Source: Eledone cirrhosa
Taxonomy: Eukaryota
Direction of reading: 5' to 3'
Length of the DNA: 64,000 bases
Assembly (NCBI GenBank): GCA_964016885.1
Contig: OZ024740.1
Coordinates: 165,850,001-165,914,000 of the forward strand
The notes under the pieces were generated by a model. The model was given only the letters and a program-made list of their open reading frames with translations. It was not told the origin of the DNA and did no database searches. This document shows, piece by piece, positions 42,841 to 56,590 of the stretch. A program made the position numbers and the translations under genes. How positions within the stretch are numbered: the stretch's first letter is position 1; every line of letters begins with the position of its first letter.

Positions 42841-44748
42841 ATTGAATAAATTGGATAAATACTGAAATGACCGAAATAATTGATTTACATTATCAATGAG
42901 AAATAGTTAAATTGCTTGTAAAATATATAAACATTCCACTCCTGAGTGTATATTAATATGTTGACGCTACAGTTAATAGATATATAGCCGCCCTTATTCA
43001 TTCATACAAATACTGATTAAATACTTGCTTTTTATTTATTGACACTGTGGTTGTACATTTTGTGATATAAGAAAGAAACACTTTGATTCTGTATAAAAGG
43101 CTCATCGACAAGAAAAACCTTGTGGAAGGGGATAATATTGTTGTTTTTATTCTATTTTCACCTATTTTAATCTGAATATTATGATTGTATATGCAATACT
43201 TCTTTCAATTTATTCCATTAACTCACAGAACGTAACACCAAGAATAGTAGGAGTTTGGTACCTCTGTGTTCAGAGCTGGTGTACATGTGGGTGTATGCTA
43301 TTTGTATAAAACAATATATTTCTCTTGAATACTATTTATCACTCTCAATGTTTATAGATAATATAGGGTGACCTGTATGTTTCAGGGTAGGTGTTCCATC
43401 ACAAACTACATTACTTCGTAAATAAAGGACAAAGAGAAATATGTTTTTATTGCCAACGTATAGTTATAGGAAGATATGTCTGCTGATGTTTTTCGTGTAC
43501 TTGTATGTTCAATCGTTACCGATTTTCTACGAAGGAGGAAGAGAAAGCTGCATAGATGTTGTGGAGTATATAGTTTAGTTACACTGAATTTCTTTCTCGA
43601 AACACCGGTTTCACGATATAGCGATCACCAGGCGAGAACATATATACGTGATTACGTGCGCGTGTTTGAATATATATTTACACACAATTACGTATTTGTA
43701 TATACCAGTCCGACAACCGATAGACGTATCTGCGTTAGTATGTCTTTTTAGGAACACACTATATTTTTGCATGCAAAGATTAACAGAAGAAGTGTAGAAG
43801 AAAAAGATAGGCGAAGAGTTGAGTATCTCGTAAGAAATATAGATTGGATTTGTTTTATTGTGTTGCTTAACTACTGAGTTATAAAGCATAAAATATAAAA
43901 CGTTCAACAACCATAGCATAAAATGAAATAAGTAAGAAAAAGATAGAAATGCTATCTATATGCGGCATGCCAGTGTACTAAATATACTAAAATATAGCAA
44001 AAGCAATTATATATACATATATAATACGTACACGAGAATATATATGCATGTGTGAGTTTATGTATTAATACACGAGTGCCCTGGTTCGTTCTGAAATATC
44101 TACTCAATAGTTAAGACTTCCCTCATAGACAGAGACTGTCAGATCATGTAATACATGCATGGACGCATACAAATACACACACATACGCATACTGATGTAT
44201 ATATGTTCTACATTGTAGATTATTGTTGGCCCAAAGAAACGGTTCTCTTTTGGTTTTAATGGGCCTAATAACCGAATAAAGAAACGCTATAAAATACTTA
44301 AAATAGAAATAAAATTATAAAAAGTAATGTAAAGTAAATAAACAAAACAATTAAAAAATCGGAGATGGGAAAATAATTTTAGTAAAAAACTGAAAAAAGA
44401 AATTATTCTTGATGTGAAATAAAACCATTATAACCTTTATTTTTCTTATTCACTTTTATGTCTACATAAATAAATACCTTAATGAATGTATAAATGAGCG
44501 AATGACTGGCTGAATACATGAACAAATGTCACAGTAAACAAGCGGTCGTTGATTTTACAATTGAATAAAGAAGGAGGAAAGAAAATTAAACATGAAGAAT
44601 AAAATAATGGTGTTGTCTTTCAACCGAATGAAAACTATAGCCATTTCTGATGTTATTTACGTTGTTTTCGTCTTGACGGCTTGCGTGTCTGGCAACAATT
44701 AAATATCGTTTTATTTCCGTAAGACTAGTTTACTGATTAGTATTAATA

Positions 44749-44779
<31 letters not shown>

Positions 44780-44892
44780 TGTCGAAAGGCAGTAATGTTA
44801 TGCGATTTCATTATTTCATTCCTTTCTTATTAACTTTGTTTTGTGGCTCTGTTTGCCATTGCTGTTCTGGAAACATATCGAATATGTATATA

Positions 44893-45022
<130 letters not shown>

Positions 45023-45073
45023 TACACACACCACAAACACACATATATATATATATATATAAGTTTATGTAAT

Positions 45074-45109
<36 letters not shown>

Positions 45110-46663
45110 TTGGTTGTCTATTTTTCTTTATTTTTCTTCTAAGGCAAAAGGACATGCATTAGATTATGTAAATAACTACAAAACTAATTACATTTCGTTC
45201 CATAGTATCATAAATAATAGAAACCGACATGCCAAGAAACAAACGAATTATCCAGAAATATAAACTAAATATGGATACAACTAAATGATTCCTGATAACA
45301 TCATCTCTCATTAAGGTTTATCCGTTGTTATATTGATTCTCTTTGTTTTTGCTGTTGTGTTTATTGTCATTTTTGTTGTAGTTGTTGATTTTTTTTTGTT
45401 TACTCCGAGTAAACGATGATCGATCAGATCTCTGATTAGAAATATTCCAGTTGGTGTCATATCATTTATTTTCCAAACATAGTCTATGTAAAACTATACT
45501 AACTAATGTAATATTTATTTAAAAAAAAAGTATGACTCTAATTTGAGTGAAACCTCGCTGCTATTTCTAGCATACACATTAACCACACATATACTTCTAT
45601 CTTCTTAAGTTTTCTGTTGAAATGCGCAAACCCCTGCCATCAACTTCAGCTGCTGATCACGAATAAAGAGCCTGCTGGTATGTGTACTTTAGTTATTCTG
45701 ATAGATCGGGCACACTGTAAAGCTACTGAGACAGGATCGTATGAAGACATATTTAAACGATAAGCAAATTGCTACAATATAATTAGTTAGCCATAAACTA
45801 AAGTAGAGAAAAGGAATTTTTGCACGTTACGATGACGAGTCTCTCATTAAAGTTGCTTTCATAAATATGTGCTGTAACTATTTTGGAGATAAATTGAAAG
45901 AATTAGAAATAATCTCTTTGTCAGCCACAGGAACATGCAACATCATTTTTCCAGTCACTAATATGGTCTCTTTATGTTCCTTCGACCAGCTTGGAATAGC
46001 AGCCAAATATTCCTCAAATTATAACCAACTGAATCAAATTATAACCAACTTCAAAAGAGAGAAACTGATTGAATTATGAAGTCATAAATATAAAGTGCCA
46101 TAAAGAACGATAGGGTTATGGCTGCACTGACATTGATTATTGCACTATTTAGTCACAACTGGGCGGAAGGAAAAAAATACACAAAACAGCTACATACTTT
46201 TAGAGTTTTTCTGATAGCGCAATTTTTCTAGCATCTTAATCGTTGTTCAACAGAACATTTCTATAACAATTTACCCGGTATTCTTATTACTTTATTTAGA
46301 TGGAGTTCCTAAGGATTCTAATTCTAATGATTTGATAGCAATACAATCATTGCAACATTACTTAAAAAAACAAGTTTACTGAAAAAATGTTTTGTTTTAA
46401 TTTGTCTATTTCTATCAAGTACTTAAACAGTGTTTCTAATCGTACATCGATGTAAAAAAAAAATCACAGATGACAATAACATAATCTTTGATACATTGTG
46501 GCATACTTTTCGTTGAATTTATTGATTCAGTTTCGCTTGTAATCATTGCTATCTGAAATTCTTATCCAAACGCCAGCTTCCTGCGAGCTACTATAAAAAC
46601 TGATATTTATGAATGAGTATTTTCGGGTAATTTCCTAATAACACGCTTTCACAACGATTATAC

Positions 46664-46735
46664 TTCTCATGCCGGGAATTGAACCCAGGCCGACTGGGTG
46701 AAAGCCATGAATCCTAACCCCTAGACCGATAGATA
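46664..46735 (-). pseudogene. tRNA-Glu(TTC) pseudogene or tRNA-derived repeat head
   Basis: Minus strand ggtctaggggttaggattcatggcTTTCAcccagtcggcctgggttcaattcccggcatgagaa: Glu-type D-arm, CTTTCAC anticodon loop and T-arm, but the acceptor stem does not pair. Confidence 0.75.
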
Positions 46736-47161
46736 GTATTAGCAATTGGAAAGATCAACAGAAACATTGTTTCCTCGGTCCGATTTGACGAAAGTCGATC
46801 AACAAATTTTGCTAATAACAAGGACTAACATTGTTATTCAACTGCAATCTAAAGATATAAATATTTATCCGTAATGTTTTATTAGCAAAACATTATTAAA
46901 ACATGAATCGTAAACGTCTGGATTACGCAAATGCCATCATTCGTTTGGTCTTGCTCAGTGCTGTCTCCGCGTCTATCAGGATATCTCTCTATATCTTTCT
47001 GTCAATCTATCTATCTTCATGGATGGATGGATAAATGACTGTCTGATGATCCCTCCCCACACTAGCTATACGCACACCTCCTAAGTGTGATCCTAATAAG
47101 ACTTTGTAATTTTACATCCGTGTTTTTGTTCAACTATATATATGTATATACCCCCCCCCCC

Positions 47162-47225
<64 letters not shown>

Positions 47226-47228
<3 letters not shown>

Positions 47229-47798
47229 AAGGTATATATTGAGTTAGGAACTCAAAATAGTCTCTTACAATAAAATAGCTCTAAGAAAGAGATTTTTCCG
47301 AGCCGTATATTACAATTGAATATAAAAGAAAAAAACGAACACAGATATATACATATATGTGTTCAAATCGCAAGGGACCAGATTCGCTATGGTGAAAAGA
47401 ATACTAACTATAGACAATAGGGTTTTCCTGTCTCAATTTAAGAAAACACCTAGAAAATAAATACAAACCGGAATTGTAGTAACTACCAATCACCCAGACA
47501 GCTTGGTGCTGTTTCGCAATACTAATTAATGCGAATAGAAATACCAATTCTTACTCATCAGTTGGTGACAAATTAGTATCCTAGACACTTCTACGTATAT
47601 TAAGAAACTGATTAGTGTGCTATATATAATAACGCACATGGTATCCTAGGGTGTCTCACAAACTTACACCACTAAAAATAGCAGCCAAGTTTATTCGACA
47701 TTTGAAATAGCTCAACAAATTAACGGAGGCGAATATATCAAAGGTATATATTGAGTTAGGAACTCAAAATAGTCTCTTTTTTGTTTTATATTCAATTA

Positions 47799-47805
<7 letters not shown>
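47226..47805 (-). mobile_element. Non-autonomous hammerhead-bearing PLE-pLTR/retrozyme-like unit in (TA)n
   Basis: Direct repeat tcaaaggtatatattgagttaggaactcaaaatagtctctt at 47226 and 47738 (period 512 bp); short inverted tail at 47777-47805 matches ~47307-47335; internal hammerhead; (TA)n on both sides. Confidence 0.75.
47491..47567 (-). ncRNA. Type I hammerhead ribozyme with stable stem III
   Basis: Minus strand: caccaa-CTGATGA-gtaa..aattggt...attaatt..ttgc-GAAA-cagc(accaa)gctg-TC-tgggtg; canonical core and GUC cleavage triplet. Confidence 0.88.
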
Positions 47806-47849
<44 letters not shown>

Positions 47850-48548
47850 GTGTGTGTGTGTATGCATGTTTGTATGTATGTATTCTCTTAGCTGGCGCGC
47901 ATGTGGTTGTGTGATTGTTCAACTTCACTGCGTCTAGCCATTTTTTGTATCATTACAAATTAATGATTTCCCTTTCTTCTTTCTTCCTATACCTCGCTTC
48001 TATCCTTGTCGTATGTGTATGCCGACTGACATCTCATATAAGCCGATATACGAGATATAGGAAACTGATATAGTGTATTATATTTCATTGAGTGTACCCG
48101 CATGACGTTTTGTAAGCTTTGTAAATGATACGTTTTATTTATCATTCCCCATATGGTAGCTCATTCGATTTATATACAATATGTCAGATCGATTGGTTTC
48201 TAGAAAGATATTTTATTAATTTCTGTTTTGCCAATATATGTTTGCTGTAGACAAAGAAATATCTAGGCCATTGAAACACTATTGTTTTTGTTATTTGAGT
48301 AAAGAAAATACCTCAGATATTTCGTATACCTGGAAAGAACGCTTCTCATCTTAAGTGTGCCAACAGACTTGTTCCTAAACTCGTTGGTGAGGAGTTTTGA
48401 GTTCGTATTTCGTCAGAGAGAAGGCGAAGGGCTGTCAGTATACCTCACACAGCGGTGGGGGATAGAAATATTTACTCATTGATTACATTTGATTTCGAAA
48501 TCTTATATCTTATGCATATAAGAATATATAAAAACGTTTAAATGCTGT

Positions 48549-48579
<31 letters not shown>

Positions 48580-48639
48580 TATATATGTGTGTGTGTGTGT
48601 GTGTGTACAGCAATTAAACGTTTTTATATATTCTTATAT

Positions 48640-48755
48640 AACTGTTCCTGCTTTAGGCACAAGGCCAGCAATTATCCAGTACATTACTGGTACTTTATTT
48701 TATCGACCCCGTAAGGATGAAAGGCAAAGTTAACCTCGGCGGGATTTGAACTCAT
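48640..48755 (-). mobile_element. 5'-truncated SINE
   Basis: SINE body in reverse orientation; flanking duplication tatattcttatataac. Confidence 0.8.
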
Positions 48756-48777
48756 ATTTTGAACTTATATTCTTATA

Positions 48778-49085
48778 TAACCAAAGATTAATATGGTTCG
48801 TTGATTATTCAACGAATACAATTTTACAATAGATTAGAAGCACTCGACTGTAGATTTTCCTGGAGTATTTAATATTATTCAAAATATTAATAAATGAAAA
48901 ATATTCTCATAATCAAAATATATATTTAATTATACATATTTCAAAGGTACAATGGTGATTAAGTTCATTTTCATCATGTCTGATGAAAACTTACTTAAAC
49001 ACCATTGTACCTTTCTAATATGCATAATAAAATATATATTTTTATTATTAGAATATTTTTCATTTATTAATATTTTGAATAATAT
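48778..49085. repeat. Older palindromic PLE-end fragment
   Basis: 48872-48976 is approximately the reverse complement of 48981-49085, folded at tcatca-tgtc-tgatga; followed by (TA)n. Confidence 0.8.
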
Positions 49086-49264
49086 ATATATATATATATA
49101 TATACACACAAACGCGCGCGCAAACACACACATATCTTTTATTTTCTCAGTTGATATATGTTGATCGTCTACATGTCAGTAAATATATACCTAATAACAT
49201 CATTTCGCATACACATGCATACACACACATATACACACAAACTCAAAAAATAACACACACACGC

Positions 49265-49310
<46 letters not shown>

Positions 49311-50150
49311 TAATGTACAATCGTACGTTCACATTTTCATATGGTTATCTAACAAATCGGAATATCCAGTCGTGAACATTTCTTTCATTGGAAGATCATT
49401 TACTGACTGTACGTCCAAGTCCTGGGATAACAATTTTTTCGGTGGATGGTGTGCATGTAAATATTTGGTTTTAGGTGCCTTGTGTGCGTTTTTTTTTCAG
49501 TATGTGTTCTCGTCCATAGTTTCAATCCCCTTAACAGTGCTAGGTCAAGGGGGAAAGGGCTAAACAACAACTACTAACAAATAACTAAAAAGTGAGCCTT
49601 TATGCAATAATTTGATTTGCTAAAAATTACAGTTAAATATTCCTATATACGAATAACCTAATCTAAACTATAATAGAGAAAGGAGTGCGGGACTGCGTCC
49701 AGAATATATTCTTTTATCCCGTTAGTAAAATAAGTAGCATTACTTTGAATAAATAATGAATGAATATTACATACTTTATCTACTAAATTTCGTTATTCTT
49801 GATTAAATATAATTAATTTAGTTGTTTCTTTTAAGATTCACTTCTTTAAAATTTTCAAATGTCAACACTTCCGGTTAGCGATCGTTTAAATAAACATTCA
49901 TATATTTCCGTCACTAATTTTCTCCTAATGCAGTTTATATATAATATCGTTTTTTTTAATGTATCATGGATTACGTTACTGATTACATAAAACGCAGTCT
50001 TCGTTCAATTTCTGTGGATATTGTCAATTACGATTTTATTTTATGTATCATATCTACATACATATATATACTTGCGTATAATATCAATATGCACACTACA
50101 CATGCTAGCAGAAAAACACCCGAAGTGTGCTTTTTCTGCTAGTATAATAT

Positions 50151-50545
50151 AATTGTTTCTACTTTTTATCACAAGGCCAGCAATTATCCCAGTACATTTA
50201 TTTTATCGACCCCGTAAGGATGAAAGGCAAAGTTAACCTCGGTGGGATTCGAACTCAGAATGGCAAAGGCCGTAACTCTGTGCGTCAAAGCATGGCGTCC
50301 GACCCTCTACCGATACTGCCAATCCACCGACCTTTCTGTTAGTATAATATAATGGTTTCTAGTACAGGCACAAGGCCAGTAATTTGGGAGGTGGGGAAAA
50401 TCGATTAAATCGACCTCAGTACGTTACTGGTGCTTTATATTATCGATCACGTAAGGATGAAAGGCAAACTTACCCTCGGTGGGATTTGAACTCAGACCGT
50501 ACAAAGCATGGTGTCCGACTCTCTACCGATACTACCAATCCACAA
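50151..50545 (-). mobile_element. Two tandem SINEs of different subfamilies
   Basis: Copies at 50151-50332 and 50351-50545; duplication tttctg(c/t)tagtataatataat at 50133-50153 and 50333-50353. Confidence 0.88.
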
Positions 50546-51464
50546 CACTAACCTAATATAATATAATAACACAGTGTAACCCATGCTAGCGTGAAAGTGG
50601 ACGTTAAACAATGATGATAAATATAGAGTGCATGTGAATAATATATGAAGTCGTTATTCACAGCTTGAAAGTTCTCAACATAAGTTTGCTTATTTAGGCT
50701 TGTCCTGGGGCTAAAATAACAACTAAGTTTGGAAATATAAAGAGTAAGGGGTGAACAATCATAACAGTGTAAATAGAAAGAATAAACAAACAATTTTTAT
50801 CAGCCAGATATTACAACATGAGTAGCAATATAATATGACAACGCTGTTAATAGGAAGACGACTACATTTATTGAAAATTGATTTCTAATACGTTTGTGGC
50901 CACTCATCTATACAGTATTCTACCACCTCCAGTTTTATTCTCCTTCCATTTTAGCTTACAAGCTGAAAGATTATTTTGAAATATGGCCGACGGATTGATC
51001 ATATTTATGTCTGTTTAACACAAATAGATATTTGGAAACGATAGACTATTAGTATATAGATAACTACATATTTTTCTATATCAGTGTCTCTGTCGCCGTC
51101 ATTGATGCTGCTACCACTGGCCCAACACTGCAAACGAACAAAATAAAAACAGCATAAAAAACTACGAGACGAGAACAACAATAGATGATAAAAACATAAC
51201 AGAGAAACACATACAAACTTCAGTATTGTTACATTTTTTGTCCAAATAGTTAGAGTTGCTATTTTTCAACAAAAATCTATTAGTGTCTGCCATTCATCTG
51301 CCGTCTGGTGGTTTTATTTCAAGTCAAGCGAACACAGTAATAGTTTCAGATCAACATTCTGTTTAAATTTATTTTTATTTTATATTCATTATCTGTTTTT
51401 CATTCAAACCCTTACTCCCTATTACTATGCCTCTCGTCATTACCTTATCACATCTCTCTCTCTA

Positions 51465-51572
<108 letters not shown>

Positions 51573-51573
51573 A

Positions 51574-51617
<44 letters not shown>

Positions 51618-51965
51618 CTCTTATTCTTTCCTGATTTTCGTACATTCTCTCTTTTGTCCATTCATTTCCCGTAGAGACTATGGTGATCGGTGACGTGAAC
51701 ACATCATTACATCGAAGTGTACAGAAGTGACACACAGCTGACTACCTAACTCGTGAATTGCATAATAAAACATTGCATTATATTCATTTTTATTTACATA
51801 TAAATAGAATATTTTAAGATGTATATGTGCGTGTGTGTGAAGTGTGGAGTGGTGTATAGTTGAATGGACATTATCCTGTACTGTAGCAGCAGCCAGGAAT
51901 CGGAGCAGCCCCACCGGCTGATCGCCACATACACTGAATGATAAGCGGCATATTTATGTGTCTAT

Positions 51966-52097
<132 letters not shown>

Positions 52098-53117
52098 GTA
52101 TGTATGTATGTGTCTTTGTGTGTGTGTGTATCAGCGAAATATCTTCTCCACCTCGCGAGGATGCCTCACGTTTCTCCAGAGAGAAGAACGCCAAACAAGT
52201 TCCTGATAAGAGGCGTGGAGGAGGACTTTCTATTAAAATGTCGGTGGGTGGTCTGCCAAAATACTTTATTTGCAGATCTGTAGTCGAATTCCAGCTTAAC
52301 CATAAAGTCCTCCGATATTTTAAACTTAGATGCCTGTACTGTGTCTGATTGTACCGGGAGTGCAAGAAGGAAGTCTTATTTCTAAACGAAGTTTTGGAAG
52401 AACTCTTCTCTGCTCGGAAGACACAGTTCGTAAAAGATGAACAACGTGAGAGACAAGACTATATGTCGATGACGCACAAACAGACAAACAAGTAAGTTAG
52501 ATGGGTACACAAATTGTAAATAAATACATGGGAGAAAATCATGAATAGGCAGGAACAAACGCATTGTGATATAAAGATCAAACTATCGGTCGTTACACGT
52601 AGATGATACACTGCTAGAGGAGGAATAAGAGAGACACATCCTTGAATGAATGAAAAACAAAGTTGAATCTGCAGAGACTTTAAAGCGTCGTAGTAAATGC
52701 CCTGTGGTATTTTGTCTTGATGCCTGAGTTCAAATTCGATATAATTAGCAGCCTAGGAAGAGGGATTGCAAGAATATTTTAACTTCTACATTTAAATGTT
52801 TAAATCCAACCTTCCGTTACTAGATAAATCGTGACATGATATAACTAGGAGTCCTTTAATTAACATTTAAAAAAAAATTCCTATTGCGTGCAGCCTCATA
52901 GTTGGCCACCAAATACTGTGGGGTGTGAGACATAAAGACAAATACATGACATTCAACCTCGATTGAATTTGAACTGAACACAACTAAATCCCGTAAGGGA
53001 GTTGATCCGACGATTTAACGAGTCTGCCTTCAATCAACAATAGCCGTAATAAAAATATTACCATCAACTGAAATATTGCTATATAAATTTGACAAGAGTA
53101 CAGCAAATATAGGGGAA

Positions 53118-53190
<73 letters not shown>

Positions 53191-53379
53191 ACTTAGATAA
53201 ATCGACTTACATAGACAGGTAACATTTATCTTTATTCTTGTGCATTAATTCGTATATGGGCGTATGGAGGCAGAATAAAATATATCTAATTACCTTTATG
53301 CATACATGAACACAGCCAGATTTAAGCAAAAAAATATCTATCTGAGTAAAAAAATATCTATATATGTATGTGTGTATGC

Positions 53380-53522
<143 letters not shown>

Positions 53523-54406
53523 TCATACATTGTTTATATAGAAGCACGCATGGTCGATGCAGATAAACAGAGTTCAAGGGAGTAAGTAGAGGAATAATTT
53601 GAATACGAAGGGCCCCTAGTAATACGTTCCCTTCTTCCGTGAAATGGAAAACTGCTGTGTTGGACTATTCACTCTGTTGACTATAATGAATTACTATAAC
53701 AATGTGCCCCTGATTTGGATTTCTTTCACAATTGCCCCACTGAGCATCTAACATACTAATTGGTTTGTTAAGGCCCGCATTGTAGCATGGTGTTAATTCT
53801 TTGTACTTTCATGAGTGTATGTAAGGAACCATAACGTTTTTTGCTTCTATGTCAAATATGTGAGCCTGTCGTAATCCTTTTCAATACATGACCCTGTTGA
53901 TGTCCTTACATTCCTTATAGCCTTTTAATACTTTGTCTTCAACACGTTCTACACTGGCGAAACTGTTTGATGTGCATAGTCAAACGCACACATTTAATTT
54001 GCGTATTAACTTTATTCCATGCTAAACACACATTTAGTATAATTTTTTTAACTTGAAGAGATGTTTTATGATTAAATATAAAAAAGAAATCATTATAATA
54101 TTTTTCCTAGCAGACTTGAATATATAATCTAACATTACATATATACAGATGTGACCCTTTGTCACACATTGTACACAAGCTAGAGGCAGAAGCACAAAGT
54201 AAAAAAAAACCAATGCATTGAAATTTGTGTCGCAGTTATAAACTAACTACAGTTAAATATATGAAATCTATATATTGCAATGGAAGATTTAATAGAAAAT
54301 CCAGCAAGACGACGCGCACACACTTGGTACACGCTCTGATTCAAACACACATACTTATATGCATACATAAAACTTACATACATACATACATACACGCACG
54401 TGTTTA

Positions 54407-54462
<56 letters not shown>

Positions 54463-55157
54463 ACTCTCGCGTCGTATACCGACGAATGAAGGTTCAATAG
54501 GCTTCTGAGTTCATTTCTTATGGTTATGCCATCAATGCCGCTTTAGTCCAGCTGATGATTGACATATCAAGCCGCATTTAGTGCTGATGATTGATTTTGA
54601 GCGTATCAGTATGGAATATTTGAGGGGATCTTGGTGTGAGAAGTTAGATCACGAAGATTGACCTGACAATATTTTTCAAATTTCTTAATAACGTCTTGGC
54701 ATATAGTTCTTCCTTTCCCCCTGTCAGGAAACAGGACTTGAAACAAAGGAAGAGTTACAGTCACACATTGAAGATTGTACCTCAGTTTGTATTAATGTCT
54801 CATTAATGGTCTGCCTACATTACGTGCACCCTCATGAGGTCACTGTATAACAGTACCTTCGGTGTACCGTCGTCTGTCATCCGTAGGACATGATCAGCCT
54901 ATCTAAATTACGATTGTATGAGAAATGTCTCAATCTCACCATGTTGCACCTCAAGAAGAGAACGGGATTAGAAAGACTGTCAGAAAGTGCAAAACAACAG
55001 ATAGAGCTAAGACAGTCTTTTTTCCAAACATGAAACTAATGTTATTCCATCCTCTATTTTGTTCGTTTTGGTTTTCTTTATATATATGTATATATATTAG
55101 AAAGTGAGGTTTTTTTACAAAATGAAAAATAACCGAGGTGTCCTACACGAGTGAAAG

Positions 55158-55444
55158 TATAAGGAAAAAAGATGGAATCGAAAATGCAACTGGAGTCTTA
55201 TTTAAAAAAATATATATATATTTATTTGGTTCCTTTACCGGTTTCGCAGTTCTTCTGATTTTCAAAAGTAGAGTTGAGATGGAGGGTCTGTGGTTTTTCT
55301 CAGATGTGAGAAAAACCACAGACCCTCCATCTCAACTCTACTTTTGAAAAGCAGAAGAACTGCGAAACCGGTAAAGGAACCAAATAAATATATATATATA
55401 TTTTTAAATAAGACTCCAGTTGCATTTTGGATTTCATCTTTTTT

Positions 55445-55451
<7 letters not shown>
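55158..55451. repeat. Palindrome of a PLE-like 3' end with a hammerhead in each arm
   Basis: ~145-bp arms around a 4-nt loop (55303-55306), followed by (TA)n. Confidence 0.9.
55341..55376 (+). ncRNA. Minimal hammerhead, U3:A8 variant
   Basis: ctt-TTGAAAA-gcag(aagaa)ctgc-GAAA-ccgg-TA-aag; stem III is palindromic (ACCGGT). The minus-strand copy at ~55233-55268 has a stem II mutation. Confidence 0.7.
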
Positions 55452-55496
<45 letters not shown>

Positions 55497-55498
<2 letters not shown>

Positions 55499-56590
55499 CG
55501 TGATCTACCAGTGCAACGTGAGGACGGACACCTCCAACAAAGCTTATATAGGATTAACCGCGTGTGACTTCAAGACCCGGATCTACCAACACCGATATAC
55601 TTTCCGAAACCCGGTCTGGCGACATGCCACTACACTTTTGGGCCACATCTGGGACCGTCAAGATAATAATATAACCTACAATCTCACTTGGAGCTTACTG
55701 TCCAGAGCTAACTCTTACACGGGAGGAAACATTACAAATGCTGTTTTCGAAGGACCAACTCCTAAACAAGAAAGACGAACTGGCATGCAAACACAGATTG
55801 CGTAGGACTTACCTCGCCCTCAAACCCCATAACGACCCGGCTGGGTAGTCAAGGGCTGATACCCCCCCCCCTTACTTGCCGAATAAGTTAGGGGAAACCC
55901 CAGCTTACATAGGTAGATGTATCTCTTTTCTTTTCTTTTCCTCATTGTCTTCTTCATCCTATCACTTCCTTCCACCCCCTATTTTCTTCATCGTCTGCTT
56001 TTCTCCTTTCGCCTACCCCGATGCAGCTCATTGGGCCTCTGTAGCATGAGTTCCCCCACCCCTGTAATTTTAAGATACAATTGGCCGAATACGTTTGACT
56101 AACTACTTATAGCAGACGTGTTAAACCCCTTTTATTTTTGTATCAGTTTTGGTACTACTCAATTTCTATAAGTTTTTTTCTATTCTCAACTTATTAACCT
56201 GTAATTGTAAGATAGCATTGTGATTTTTTTTATTCATTTCTCACTATCTAATTTTAGATATTTTTTTATTTCTTTCTATTATCTTTTATTGTCTCCTACT
56301 CTCATTCGATTTACCTATTCTATAACTTCCCTCTTACAGTTCATACACTAACCTTAGAATCTGCTGTATACATATCACTTTCCCCCACCTCCCACCAAAT
56401 GCCATGATAGACTTATTTGTGTTTACAACAAATTTTAACCAATCTTCTTCACAACTACAATCTTCCCATATAAGGAAGTACCCCCTTGAAAAGTTCGGCT
56501 ATTTATTCACCAGGCTAAAAATTCTAATTTAGTCCAGAAATAGCCGTCGACGCGGCTTGAGTTCTGCTGTCGGGGTCATACCTTTTCCTA
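55497..56590 (+). mobile_element. Second, heavily 5'-truncated PLE (GIY-YIG remnant + 3' UTR + hammerhead) in (TA)n
   Basis: NVIYQCNVRTDTSNKAYIGLTACDFKTRIYQH..HIW..Y.L.W; after a frameshifting deletion the frame reads ETLQMLFSKDQLLNKKDELACKH (stop ends 55848); ends in a hammerhead-like motif and ccta(TA)n. Confidence 0.85.
56481..56575 (+). ncRNA. Degenerate hammerhead with U3:A8 core and long stem II
   Basis: cccc-TTGAAAA-g..cggctatt...aatagccgtc-GA(cg)-cggc..gctg-TC-gggg; GAAA is mutated here but intact in sister fragments near 12893 and 22992. Confidence 0.6.

Noticed and set aside
46664-46735. Functional tRNA-Glu gene
   Set aside because: Acceptor and anticodon stems are mispaired.
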